Assembly (NCBI GenBank): GCA_012517195.1
Contig: JAAYVK010000064.1
Location: 1,460-65,459 of the forward strand
Length of the DNA: 64,000 bases
Direction of reading: 5' to 3'
Source of the DNA: Synergistaceae bacterium
Lineage (GTDB): Bacteria; Synergistota; Synergistia; Synergistales; 79-D21
Shown: piece by piece, positions 56,837 through 64,000 of the stretch
Layout of the letters: each line of letters starts with the position of its first letter
How positions within the stretch are numbered: position 1 is the stretch's first letter
Notes under the pieces: model-generated
The model's database searches: none
What the model was told of the DNA's origin: nothing
What the model saw: the letters and a program-made list of their open reading frames with translations, nothing else
Translations under genes and position numbers: made by a program

Positions 56837-58614
56837 TCCCCCGCGCTCCCTTCTTCAAATCCGCCGATTCCGCTTTCCTGATCCTCTGTCCTGACCAGCA
56901 GGATTTCCCCGCCAAACCAGCTGAGCATCTCCTCGATCGTTGTATTCCGGGAAGCATTCCTGGGCGGTTCGGCCTCCGGCCCCGTCTCTTGCTTCCTTTT
57001 CGCTCGCTCGGCGTCTTCAGACTGGTCCCTGCGCAGCCAGGGGATCGTATTGGGATCTTCCCCTGCAGGAACCGCTTCCATGACCGGCGTTTCCTTCTCA
57101 AAAAACCGGTCCTTCCCGCAGCAGAAGGTGAAGGGGATCTCCCCGAGAACCCCTTCCTTGAGAACCTGGAACCGTCTTCGGTTCCGCTCCAGCCGGATCA
57201 GTTCATAGCAGATCCTGTCCCGCGGGGGAAAATCCACCTCGACTCCTCCCTTTCCCGCCAAGACACGGGCTGGGGTAATCGCCGCAACAATCTGCCGATC
57301 TTCCGGATCCCGGCTTTCTAAAAGTCCGATCCAGAAACGCCGAACCGCATCGATATCGATCGCAGGCAGCGCATCGCAGGTCGGTTCCGGGTCAGAGACG
57401 ACCGGCGAAAGCCGAGGAATCCTTTCCTCCTGGGAAACAGCCTGCTCCTGTCGGAGAGAAACGCCGTCACGCTTCGGTGTTGGGCCGGAAGCGAGCACTG
57501 CCGGACCAAGCCCCTGGAGAAGAAGTCCTGACAGGACATCGGTCCGCATCCCCGTCCGGACACGGCCGATCAGCCGGGAAAGGGTGTCGAGACATCCGCG
57601 GAGTCCCTCCAGTGTCCAGGAAGGGACTTCACCAAGAAGAAAAGCTCTTTCCTCTCCCGAAAGCTCAAGCCCCTCCAGGGCGGTTTCTCCCCATGCCTTG
57701 AGGATCCACAGGTCCCGAAAAACCAGGAACAGGTTTTCCAGAATTCTCTCCATGGAAGTTCCCCTCCTGAGGGATTCCATGAGATCTGAAACCGCCAGGT
57801 CAGGCCTGGTTCGGAAGGAAGCCGCGAACTTTTCCATTTCGGAACGGCTCCCTCCGCCCAAAAAGGCTCTTACGGAATCGATTGTTACGGCACCCGATCC
57901 GAGCGGGATCGCCTGCTCGAGGAGTGAAAGGGCATCCCGCATCGCTCCGTCCGCCTGTCTTGCAAGTTCCCAGAGGGCAGCCTCGTCCGCGGCGATCCCT
58001 TCCTTCTCGCAAACCAGGGACAACCGCGCGGCAATGTCTTTTCCGGAAATCCTTCGAAACGGGATATGCTGGCAACGGGAACGGATCGTGACCGGGACCT
58101 TGTGAGGCTCCGTGGTCGCAAGGATGAAAACCGCGTGGGCCGGGGGTTCTTCCAGGGTTTTGAGAAGCGCGTTGAAAGCGGGTTCCGTGAGCATGTGAAC
58201 CTCGTCGATGATGTAGACTTTCCTCCGGGAGGAAAAGGGAGCAAGCGAAACATGGGCTTTCAGTTCCCTAACCTCGTCAATCCCCCGGTTGGAAGCGCCG
58301 TCAATTTCGATAACATCCAGGCTCTCCCCCGCCGTGATGGCCTGGCAGCTTGGACAAATCCCGCACGGCTCAACCCCGTGATTGTCATCCGTGCAGTTGA
58401 GCGCCTTCGAGAGAATCCGGGCCAAAGACGTTTTCCCACACCCCCTGGGTCCGGAAAACAGGTAAGCATGCACGGTTTTCCCTGTTTGAAGGGAACGCCG
58501 GAGCACGGAAACCGCCGCATCCTGGCCGACGACCTCTTCAAAGCGCAATGGCCGATAGCGCCGATAAAGGGAAACGTACCGAACCGGAGAGGGAAAAAGT
58601 TCATTTTCAGTCAT
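56833..58614 (-). CDS. dnaX: DNA polymerase III tau/gamma subunit
   Basis: YRRYRPLRFEEVVGQ, GPRGCGKTS Walker A, the zinc module CGICPSC, and DEVHML. The stop overlaps the dnaE ATG (ATGA). Confidence 0.93.
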   Translation of the reverse strand: MTENELFPSPVRYVSLYRRYRPLRFEEVVGQDAAVSVLRRSLQTGKTVHAYLFSGPRGCGKTSLARILSKALNCTDDNHGVEPCGICPSCQAITAGESLDVIEIDGASNRGIDEVRELKAHVSLAPFSSRRKVYIIDEVHMLTEPAFNALLKTLEEPPAHAVFILATTEPHKVPVTIRSRCQHIPFRRISGKDIAARLSLVCEKEGIAADEAALWELARQADGAMRDALSLLEQAIPLGSGAVTIDSVRAFLGGGSRSEMEKFAASFRTRPDLAVSDLMESLRRGTSMERILENLFLVFRDLWILKAWGETALEGLELSGEERAFLLGEVPSWTLEGLRGCLDTLSRLIGRVRTGMRTDVLSGLLLQGLGPAVLASGPTPKRDGVSLRQEQAVSQEERIPRLSPVVSDPEPTCDALPAIDIDAVRRFWIGLLESRDPEDRQIVAAITPARVLAGKGGVEVDFPPRDRICYELIRLERNRRRFQVLKEGVLGEIPFTFCCGKDRFFEKETPVMEAVPAGEDPNTIPWLRRDQSEDAERAKRKQETGPEAEPPRNASRNTTIEEMLSWFGGEILLVRTEDQESGIGGFEEGSAGE

Positions 58615-58632
58615 CCCAGGTTGGCTCCTTTC

Positions 58633-59718
58633 CTAAAGGAGGTAATGTCCCATGGGATGGACCCGCTGGGCTTCGATCAAGGCTTTTCTCAGATTTTCCG
58701 ACAGGACATCCAATGGGTCCATTCCAGCCGGCAGGTCGCTTTCTCTGGCAATCGCCTTCTGGCCGACCCGGAGGACTCGACTCTTCCCATCTGGACGGAC
58801 TTCGATCTCGTTGGACATCAGCTCCATCTGCAGGGACTGATCCAGTCCGCGTTTGACTTCTTCCATCAGGGCTCGAACTTTCTGGTCGACAGGACCCCGC
58901 CAGGCGTCTTTCCCGTCCACGGTCATCACAAGCCGATCCCCCTGCGGCTCTATAGAAATTCTCAGCAGGTGAAGTGGTTCCTTCCGATGAAGAGCCCAGC
59001 CGGAATCCCGGATAAACTTGACCATGTATCCGATTCGCTCCGGGATTTCCGGATGATCCATGAAAACACCGGGATTCACATAGGGGTGTTTCAGCTGCTC
59101 TTCTGCAAGCCTTTCCATCACGGTCACCGCGGCTGCAACCGGGAAACCCGATGCATGGAGGATTCGAAGAGCTCCCAGGTCCGCCTCCTTTTCGAGGTCC
59201 CTCCCATAGGCATTCAGGATCGCTACCTGGGCAATGTTTGCCATGATCATTGCGGCGGTTTCTCCCCGGCTCGCGACGGCAACAGCCAAAGCTAGCAGGG
59301 AAAGTCGCTCGTTTCTCGCCGACTGGATCATCCCGTGACTGTTCTCCGCATGGATCATCTCGTGGGCCATGACCGAGGCCAGTTCGGCATCGCTCTTGGC
59401 AAAGTCCAGCATTCCGGTCGTAAAGTAGATGAAGCCTCCGGGCAAAGAAAACGCATTGGGCTGTTTTTCGCGGATAAGCCGCACCTCGTAAGGAAAGGGT
59501 TTTCGAGCCTCCGGCAGGATTTTCTGAAGGATCACGGCAAGCCGGGCAACAAGGACGGGGTCTGTAACTCTTTCCCATTTCTTTTCGACCTGTTCGCAAA
59601 CCTTCTTCCCCAGGGCAACTTCCCTTTCATCCCCTTTAGATAGGGCGCCCATCGCCTGGTGGGGCGAAACAGCGAACAGCGTCAACAGGACCAGAAAGAC
59701 GAACGTTTTTTTTCTCAA
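58633..59718 (-). CDS. M48-family zinc metallopeptidase, secreted or periplasm-facing
   Basis: HEMIHAENSH (HExxH) and NAFSLPGGFIYFTTGML. Start set at TTG 59718 (SD GGAAGGAG plus 9 nt), giving the signal peptide (M)RKKTFVFLVLLTLFAVSPHQAMG. The ORF-track start at 60018 overlaps the upstream gene. Confidence 0.8.
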   Translation of the reverse strand: MRKKTFVFLVLLTLFAVSPHQAMGALSKGDEREVALGKKVCEQVEKKWERVTDPVLVARLAVILQKILPEARKPFPYEVRLIREKQPNAFSLPGGFIYFTTGMLDFAKSDAELASVMAHEMIHAENSHGMIQSARNERLSLLALAVAVASRGETAAMIMANIAQVAILNAYGRDLEKEADLGALRILHASGFPVAAAVTVMERLAEEQLKHPYVNPGVFMDHPEIPERIGYMVKFIRDSGWALHRKEPLHLLRISIEPQGDRLVMTVDGKDAWRGPVDQKVRALMEEVKRGLDQSLQMELMSNEIEVRPDGKSRVLRVGQKAIARESDLPAGMDPLDVLSENLRKALIEAQRVHPMGHYLL

Positions 59719-59792
59719 CGGGGAATCTCCTTCCCGGTCATTCTGATGAAGGGGAGAATTCCTTCGGGAGCCTGAAATGAGAGGCTGCAACC

Positions 59793-59801
59793 ATTTTACC
59801 A
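59793..59801 (-). promoter_or_regulatory. extended -10 promoter candidate (TGGTAAAAT) upstream of the M48 peptidase-dnaX-dnaE block
   Basis: Minus strand TGgTAAAAT in the 121-nt gap after the PTP stop. No convincing -35. Confidence 0.35.
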
Positions 59802-59839
59802 TCAGGAAGAAATTGGCCGTCCCGGGCCGTTTCGCTTGA

Positions 59840-60304
59840 CTAACCGGCAATGCGATCAAAAAGGGAGTCGAGTAGACAATGGCCCCATTCCCTGAGGAGA
59901 TCCCTGACCTCCCGGTAGGTTTCCAGAGGTTTGCCGTATGGATCGGGAATATCTGGAAGTTCGAGGGTTCGGATACGTGAATGATCTTCGGGGTACTGAG
60001 CGAGCAGCGATGCCACATGTTCGGCCGTCATGCCGACGACATGGTCGGATCTCTTCACGAGCGTGTGAGTCAACTGACGACTCCTGTGCCCGGAAAGATC
60101 AATCCCCCACTCCTTCATCACCTCAATGGCGTAGAAAGAGGCGGGAAGGCCGTCAACCGTGAACAAGCCGGCGGAAGAGACCTCCCCAGGGACCCCCCGT
60201 TCCCTCATGAGTTTTCGCAGGAGTCCTTCCGCCATGGGGCTTCGGCAGGTGTTTCCCGTACAGACGAGAAGAATCCGGCAGGGTCGCGTCGACTCCTGGG
60301 TCAG
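59840..60304 (-). CDS. low-molecular-weight protein-tyrosine phosphatase (LMW-PTP / ArsC-like fold)
   Basis: P-loop VCTGNTCRSPMAEG and a DPYG general-acid loop. The first ATG (60235) lies inside the P-loop, so the ORF must begin further upstream. I extend to the in-frame CTG at 60304-60302, which overlaps the CBS gene stop (CTGA). Start codon uncertain. Confidence 0.75.
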   Translation of the reverse strand: MTQESTRPCRILLVCTGNTCRSPMAEGLLRKLMRERGVPGEVSSAGLFTVDGLPASFYAIEVMKEWGIDLSGHRSRQLTHTLVKRSDHVVGMTAEHVASLLAQYPEDHSRIRTLELPDIPDPYGKPLETYREVRDLLREWGHCLLDSLFDRIAG

Positions 60305-60759
60305 GCAAACGATGGAGATTCCTCCTCCAGCATGATGCGTTCAAGGAGATCTGCCCTGTTCACCACACCGACCAGGATACCATCCCGGACAACCGGTGCC
60401 CTCTTCAGGTGGTTGCGTATCAGGGTGATGGCTACATAGAAGTCGCTGTCCTCTTCCGAGAAGCTGATGACCTCTTTCGCCATGATCTTGCTAACGGGAT
60501 CCTTCCCGATTTTCTTCAGTCTCTTCTGGAATTGGCCATAGTCAGGGATAAACGAGGGATCCTGCAGATAATCGAAGTACCCCGGGAGAGCCGCTTTCAC
60601 GATATCCTTCTCGCTGATAAAGCCCACAACCCTGCCGGCCCCATCCACCACGGGCAGCCCTGAAACCCGGTGGCGCGTCAGGATCTCGATGGCTTCCGAA
60701 AGGGTCGTTTCGGCAGAAAGGGCGGTCAGGTCCCGGTCCATCACTTCACAGATTCTCAT
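60301..60759 (-). CDS. CBS-pair domain protein
   Basis: 152 aa with two CBS repeats (RHRVSGLPVVD..GRVVGFISEKDI; KRAPVVRDGILVGVVNRADL). Confidence 0.8.
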   Translation of the reverse strand: MRICEVMDRDLTALSAETTLSEAIEILTRHRVSGLPVVDGAGRVVGFISEKDIVKAALPGYFDYLQDPSFIPDYGQFQKRLKKIGKDPVSKIMAKEVISFSEEDSDFYVAITLIRNHLKRAPVVRDGILVGVVNRADLLERIMLEEESPSFA

Positions 60760-60774
60760 GTCGATTGCCCCTTC

Positions 60775-61707
60775 CTACAAAAGCCTTTCGAAGCGGATCC
60801 GGGGTATCAGACGCTCCACGGCTTCGCGGTCCCTGATCCCCTTTTCCACATGAAGGGCATTTTCTAGCGCCGCGGCCATCCCGAACACGATCCGGTCCTT
60901 CGTTTCCATCCTTTCCCGGCCTCCAAGGATCAACCCCGCGATGAGGGCTTCTCCCGAGCCGAACATGGAAACGATTCCCTTCCTGTCGAACTCTGCCAGG
61001 AAAACACCTTCATGGGTACAAAACACGTTCCCGTATGTCCTGTAGGAAGCGATCACCCATTCGACCCCATGAGAATGTACCCTTTGGACCGCTTCAATGA
61101 GGTTGTCAAGGCTGTTCAGGGCGACCCCTTCATAGTTCGCCATGAATCGCTGATCCACCTTTGCGTAGGTCGGCCCTTCGTCAAGAGCAGCCAGAAGAGG
61201 AGCGCCGGCCGCATCGATCAGAGTCGGGATTTCCCTCTGCTTTGCGAGCCTGATCAGCTCGCAGTAGAAATCCTGGGGGACGCCGGGAGGGAGAGACCCT
61301 CCCAGCACCACCAGTTCTGTTCTCTTGAGGATCCGCTCGTAATTCGAAAGGAAGCGGGCGATCTCGTCCTCGCTGATGTAGGGGCCTAGTTCTGCCAGAC
61401 CGGTTTCAACCTTCCCTACCTCATCGACAATGTAGACATTGGTCCGTGTTTCTCCCCGGACATGCAGGAAGTTCGTCGTGATCTGCGCCTTTCTGAGGAC
61501 ATCCCGGACATACTCGCCGCTGAATCCGGCAAGGAAACCCATTGCCGCGGTTTCTACCCCCAGCTGCTTGAGAATCAACGAGACGTTGATTCCTTTTCCG
61601 CCCGGCGAACGCTGCACCCGGGAAACCCGAAACCAGCCTCCTGGACGGAATTCGGGAACGACATACTCCTCGTCGATGGCGGGATTCAGCGTGACTGTGA
61701 CGATCAA
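60775..61707 (-). CDS. PfkB-family sugar-phosphate kinase (1-phosphofructokinase / tagatose-6-phosphate kinase-like)
   Basis: (M)IVTVTLNPAIDE N-terminus typical of FruK/LacC, plus GGKGINV and a C-terminal GSGEAL-type anion-hole motif. Start taken at TTG 61707 for SD spacing; ORF track gives GTG 61713. Confidence 0.85.
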   Translation of the reverse strand: MIVTVTLNPAIDEEYVVPEFRPGGWFRVSRVQRSPGGKGINVSLILKQLGVETAAMGFLAGFSGEYVRDVLRKAQITTNFLHVRGETRTNVYIVDEVGKVETGLAELGPYISEDEIARFLSNYERILKRTELVVLGGSLPPGVPQDFYCELIRLAKQREIPTLIDAAGAPLLAALDEGPTYAKVDQRFMANYEGVALNSLDNLIEAVQRVHSHGVEWVIASYRTYGNVFCTHEGVFLAEFDRKGIVSMFGSGEALIAGLILGGRERMETKDRIVFGMAAALENALHVEKGIRDREAVERLIPRIRFERLL

Positions 61708-61743
61708 GGACACCCCTCCTTTCGGTGCGCGCGCCTCTCTCTT

Positions 61744-62934
61744 CTAGAGGCCCTTCAACTCCTCCGCGGAACGGATCTGGATACGCTTGAGGACCTCCCC
61801 TTTCTGGATCTTCAGAGCGGAGGGCAGCGATTGCACCTGCAGCTTCTCGGCCATCCTCGAGTTCTTGTATCCATCCACGAGCACGACCCTGTTCCATTCA
61901 GGGCTCGCCTCGATCTCAGCGGCAAGCCTCACCTGGGCCTCGTCGACACTCGAGAAGAAAACCGCCGTAACCTCTTCCGGATCCAGCAGTTTCCCTTCCA
62001 GGTGGACCTGCTCCGAGATGTAGGCGTAGGCTGCCATCGCTGCCGTTGCACCATCCCCGGCCGCCGTGACGACCTGCCGCAGGTACTTATCGATCAGGTC
62101 TCCTGCGGCAAACAGCCCTTCGATAGAAGTTTCCATCCTTTCGTTCACCCGAAGCCATCCACCCCGGGCGGTCTTCAGAAGACCCGAATCGATCAGGGGC
62201 TTCAAAAAGCCGATATTCGGCTCATTCCCGATGAAAACGAAGACTCCTGAAACGGGGAGAACGGTTTTCTCTCCAGTTTTGACATTTTTCAAGGCCAGGC
62301 TTTCCACCATATCGGTGCCGCGGATCTCCTCCACGACGGAATCCCAGATGACGGAGATCTTCGGGTTGCTGAGGGCCCTCTCCACCGCGATCCGGTCGGC
62401 CCTGAAAGAATCGCGGCGGTGAATGATGTAGACTTTCGATGCGAACTGGGTCAGGTAAACCGCTTCTTCTACCGCGGTGTTGCCTCCCCCGATGACTGCG
62501 ACTTCCTGTTCCTCGAAAAAGGCTGCGTCACAAACCGCGCAATAGCTCACGCCGCGGCCGGTAAACTCGGCCTCCCCAGGGCACCCCTGCTTTTTAAAAC
62601 TTGCGCCCGTTGCAAGAATGATCGCCTGCGCCTCTACGATCCCTTTGTCTGTGAGGACAAGCTTTTTCCCGTCCTTGAATTCGATGCCCTCCACTTCGGC
62701 TTCCCTGAATTCGGGATTGAACTTTTCGGCGTGTTCCCTGAACATGTCCGCTAGTTCTTGTCCGCTTGCGTGCTTCACTCCAGGCCAGTTTTCGATCTCA
62801 TCCGTCGTATTGATCTGTCCCCCGGGGAGTCCCTTTTCAAGAAGCAGGACATCCAGTCCAGATCGCCTCCCGTAAATCGCTGCAGTCAAACCAGCAGGCC
62901 CCGCTCCGATAATGACGAGCTCTCTCTTTTCCAT
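61744..62934 (-). CDS. trxB: thioredoxin-disulfide reductase with a ~90-aa C-terminal thioredoxin-fold-like extension lacking CxxC
   Basis: VIIGAGPAGLTAAIY, redox CAVCDAAFF, NADPH site GGGNTAVEEAVYL..HRRDSFRA. The C-terminal tail reads VTAVFFSSVDEAQ...SLPSALKIQKGEV. Start at ATG 62934 with SD GAAGGAGG. Confidence 0.88.
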   Translation of the reverse strand: MEKRELVIIGAGPAGLTAAIYGRRSGLDVLLLEKGLPGGQINTTDEIENWPGVKHASGQELADMFREHAEKFNPEFREAEVEGIEFKDGKKLVLTDKGIVEAQAIILATGASFKKQGCPGEAEFTGRGVSYCAVCDAAFFEEQEVAVIGGGNTAVEEAVYLTQFASKVYIIHRRDSFRADRIAVERALSNPKISVIWDSVVEEIRGTDMVESLALKNVKTGEKTVLPVSGVFVFIGNEPNIGFLKPLIDSGLLKTARGGWLRVNERMETSIEGLFAAGDLIDKYLRQVVTAAGDGATAAMAAYAYISEQVHLEGKLLDPEEVTAVFFSSVDEAQVRLAAEIEASPEWNRVVLVDGYKNSRMAEKLQVQSLPSALKIQKGEVLKRIQIRSAEELKGL

Positions 62935-63003
62935 GACTGAATCGTCCTCCTTCAAAAGTCGGTCCCAGGTCCGTTCTTTCCTACACTGTATTTTAAGCAA
63001 ATC

Positions 63004-63846
63004 CTATCTCCGACGCCAGACTGCAATCCGTTCCTTCCCGGCGAAATCCTTCCGGACGCAAGCCAGCTCAAAAGCCTGGTTCGACGTCGCTCTGAGGGTT
63101 TCAGCCTGTTCGCTTCCGGCGATTTCAAGCAAAAGCCACCCGCCAGAAACAAGGGCATTCTCCGCATCCCGCAGGATGGTCAAAACATCCTGGAGCCCAT
63201 CGGGGCCTCCGTCCAGGGCCAGGATGGGTTCATACAGTCGCACGTCTTCCATCAGCAGCGGAATCTCGGATGAAGGGATATAGGGAGGGTTTCCCACGAT
63301 CAGGTCGAGGGGAAGCCAGGACGAAGGAATCCTGCGGATCGAATTTCCGTGCCAGAGTAGAGCTCGATGCCTGAAAGGGAACCGGTTCAGGTTGCGCCAG
63401 GCCCAAAGGAGAGCCAGAGGACTTTTTTCCATCATCAGGGCCGTCGCTTCTTCCCGCTCTGATAGAAGGGCGAGGGCAACACACCCGCTCCCCGTTCCCC
63501 AGTCGAGGAAACGCCCTTTCCTGAAAAGCTCAAGGGCCGTCTCGACAAGAACCTCGGTTTCAGGACGCGGGATCAGGCAGCCGGGACCGACAAGCAGATC
63601 CAGGCCCCAGAAAGAAGCCCTGCCCTTCAGGTACGCCACGGGGACACGGGCAATCCGGGCTTCGGCGAGACTGGAAATTCGGTTCTCCTCTTCGGGTTCT
63701 ACCTGCCGTTCCGGGTGGGCGAGCAGGTCCTCGCGAGAACACCCGAACACCTCCGAGCAGAGAATGTCGGCCTCCAGCGCCGCTCTAGGGATTCCACTTT
63801 TCCGAAGCCTTTCACGAACCTGAAAGCGGATTTGCCCTCGGTTCAT
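63004..63846 (-). CDS. prmC: release-factor glutamine N5-methyltransferase PrmC (HemK)
   Basis: GTGSGCVALAL SAM motif and the IVGNPPYIPS catalytic NPPY motif. Follows prfA. Confidence 0.9.
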   Translation of the reverse strand: MNRGQIRFQVRERLRKSGIPRAALEADILCSEVFGCSREDLLAHPERQVEPEEENRISSLAEARIARVPVAYLKGRASFWGLDLLVGPGCLIPRPETEVLVETALELFRKGRFLDWGTGSGCVALALLSEREEATALMMEKSPLALLWAWRNLNRFPFRHRALLWHGNSIRRIPSSWLPLDLIVGNPPYIPSSEIPLLMEDVRLYEPILALDGGPDGLQDVLTILRDAENALVSGGWLLLEIAGSEQAETLRATSNQAFELACVRKDFAGKERIAVWRRR

Positions 63847-63859
63847 GCTTTTAGGCCCC

Positions 63860-64000
63860 CTAGCTTTCCAGGTTTTTCAATTTTTCGGCCTGATCCGCAA
63901 GATTGAGGGATTCGATGAGTTCCTGAAGATCCCCGTCCATGACCTGGTCCAGCTTATAGAGAGTCAGTCCGATCCGATGGTCCGTGAGGCGGTTCTGCGG
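63860..64000 (-). CDS. prfA: peptide chain release factor 1, C-terminal 46 codons (5' part beyond the right window edge)
   Basis: Hand translation [46 protein letters not shown]-stop, a typical RF1 C-terminus. Upstream of prmC. Confidence 0.88.
   Translation of the reverse strand, partial: PQNRLTDHRIGLTLYKLDQVMDGDLQELIESLNLADQAEKLKNLES

Noticed and set aside
56833-58614. Programmed -1 frameshift site in dnaX (A AAA AAG type) producing gamma
   Set aside because: I did not see a slippery heptamer with a downstream hairpin when reading the gene. This was not excluded systematically.
58066-59599. 409-aa plus-strand ORF and 330-aa alternative-frame minus-strand ORF overlapping the dnaX 5' end and the M48 peptidase
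   Set aside because: Both overlap frames that carry the clear HExxH peptidase and DnaX motifs. Their products are low-complexity.
59719-59839. Possible SRP (4.5S/scRNA) gene upstream of the dnaX block, as in Bacillus
   Set aside because: The 121-nt spacer lacks the conserved domain IV sequence (GGAAGCAGC with its symmetric loop context). Only a weak resemblance (AGGCTCCCGAAGGAA) is present.
1-64000. Long N-terminal extensions in the ORF track (for example gap 1780, yvcK 5932, mraZ 31209, V-ATPase G/H 41118, Fur-family 41477, secreted protein 42190, galU 46422, pyk 53187, M48 60018, trxB 63000)
   Set aside because: In each case a downstream start has a proper SD and yields the canonical family N-terminus. 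The extension overlaps the upstream gene, a promoter or a terminator.
1-64000. CRISPR arrays, IS elements, integrases, prophage or defence-system genes, rRNA
   Set aside because: None was seen. The only repeats found are the short phased GTGGG boxes, and all large ORFs are assignable to housekeeping families apart from the plus-strand island.

Overview
This is a visibly GC-rich stretch of core chromosome, transcribed almost entirely on the minus strand, with gene order and markers typical of a Bacillota (Firmicutes)-like, apparently non-sporulating bacterium. Reading the minus strand from right to left: prfA (3' end), prmC, trxB with a C-terminal extension, pfkB-family kinase, CBS protein, LMW-PTP | M48 peptidase, dnaX, dnaE, mtrB (TRAP homolog), pyk, Nudix, nfo | cdaA, cdaR, glmM, galU, glmS ribozyme, glmS | a three-gene plus-strand island (Fur-family regulator, small membrane protein, secreted protein of unknown function) | tRNA-Gly(CCC) | a nine-gene V-type ATPase operon (G/H-I-K-E-C-F-A-B-D) plus a gamma-CA-like protein | RNase P RNA | a complete dcw cluster mraZ to ftsZ | radical SAM and SPOR proteins | Moco biosynthesis (moeA x2, moaA, moaC, mogA-like) | rapZ-yvcK-whiA | glycogen debranching enzyme | gap and pgk (5' part). 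I saw no mobile elements, CRISPR arrays, defence islands or toxin-antitoxin pairs, and I cannot point to a clear-cut novel multi-gene system. The observations most worth a second look are: (1) an intact TRAP (MtrB) tryptophan-RNA-binding attenuation protein homolog wedged between dnaE and pyk and overlapping the pyk start; (2) the only plus-strand island, Fur-family regulator + 3-TM peptide + 370-aa secreted protein with no family I recognise; (3) an 18-bp near-perfect palindrome (CRP/FNR- or Rex-like) over the -35 of the V-ATPase promoter, together with a Na+-binding signature in the K subunit; (4) a thioredoxin reductase with a cysteine-less thioredoxin-fold tail; (5) two genes whose conserved N-termini lie upstream of any ATG/GTG/TTG; (6) a 29-kb gap-free 26-gene array that merges the dcw, Moco and rapZ-yvcK-whiA modules. 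Coordinates of hand-called RNA and regulatory elements may be off by 1-2 nt. All homology statements rest on motif recognition by eye, not on database searches.
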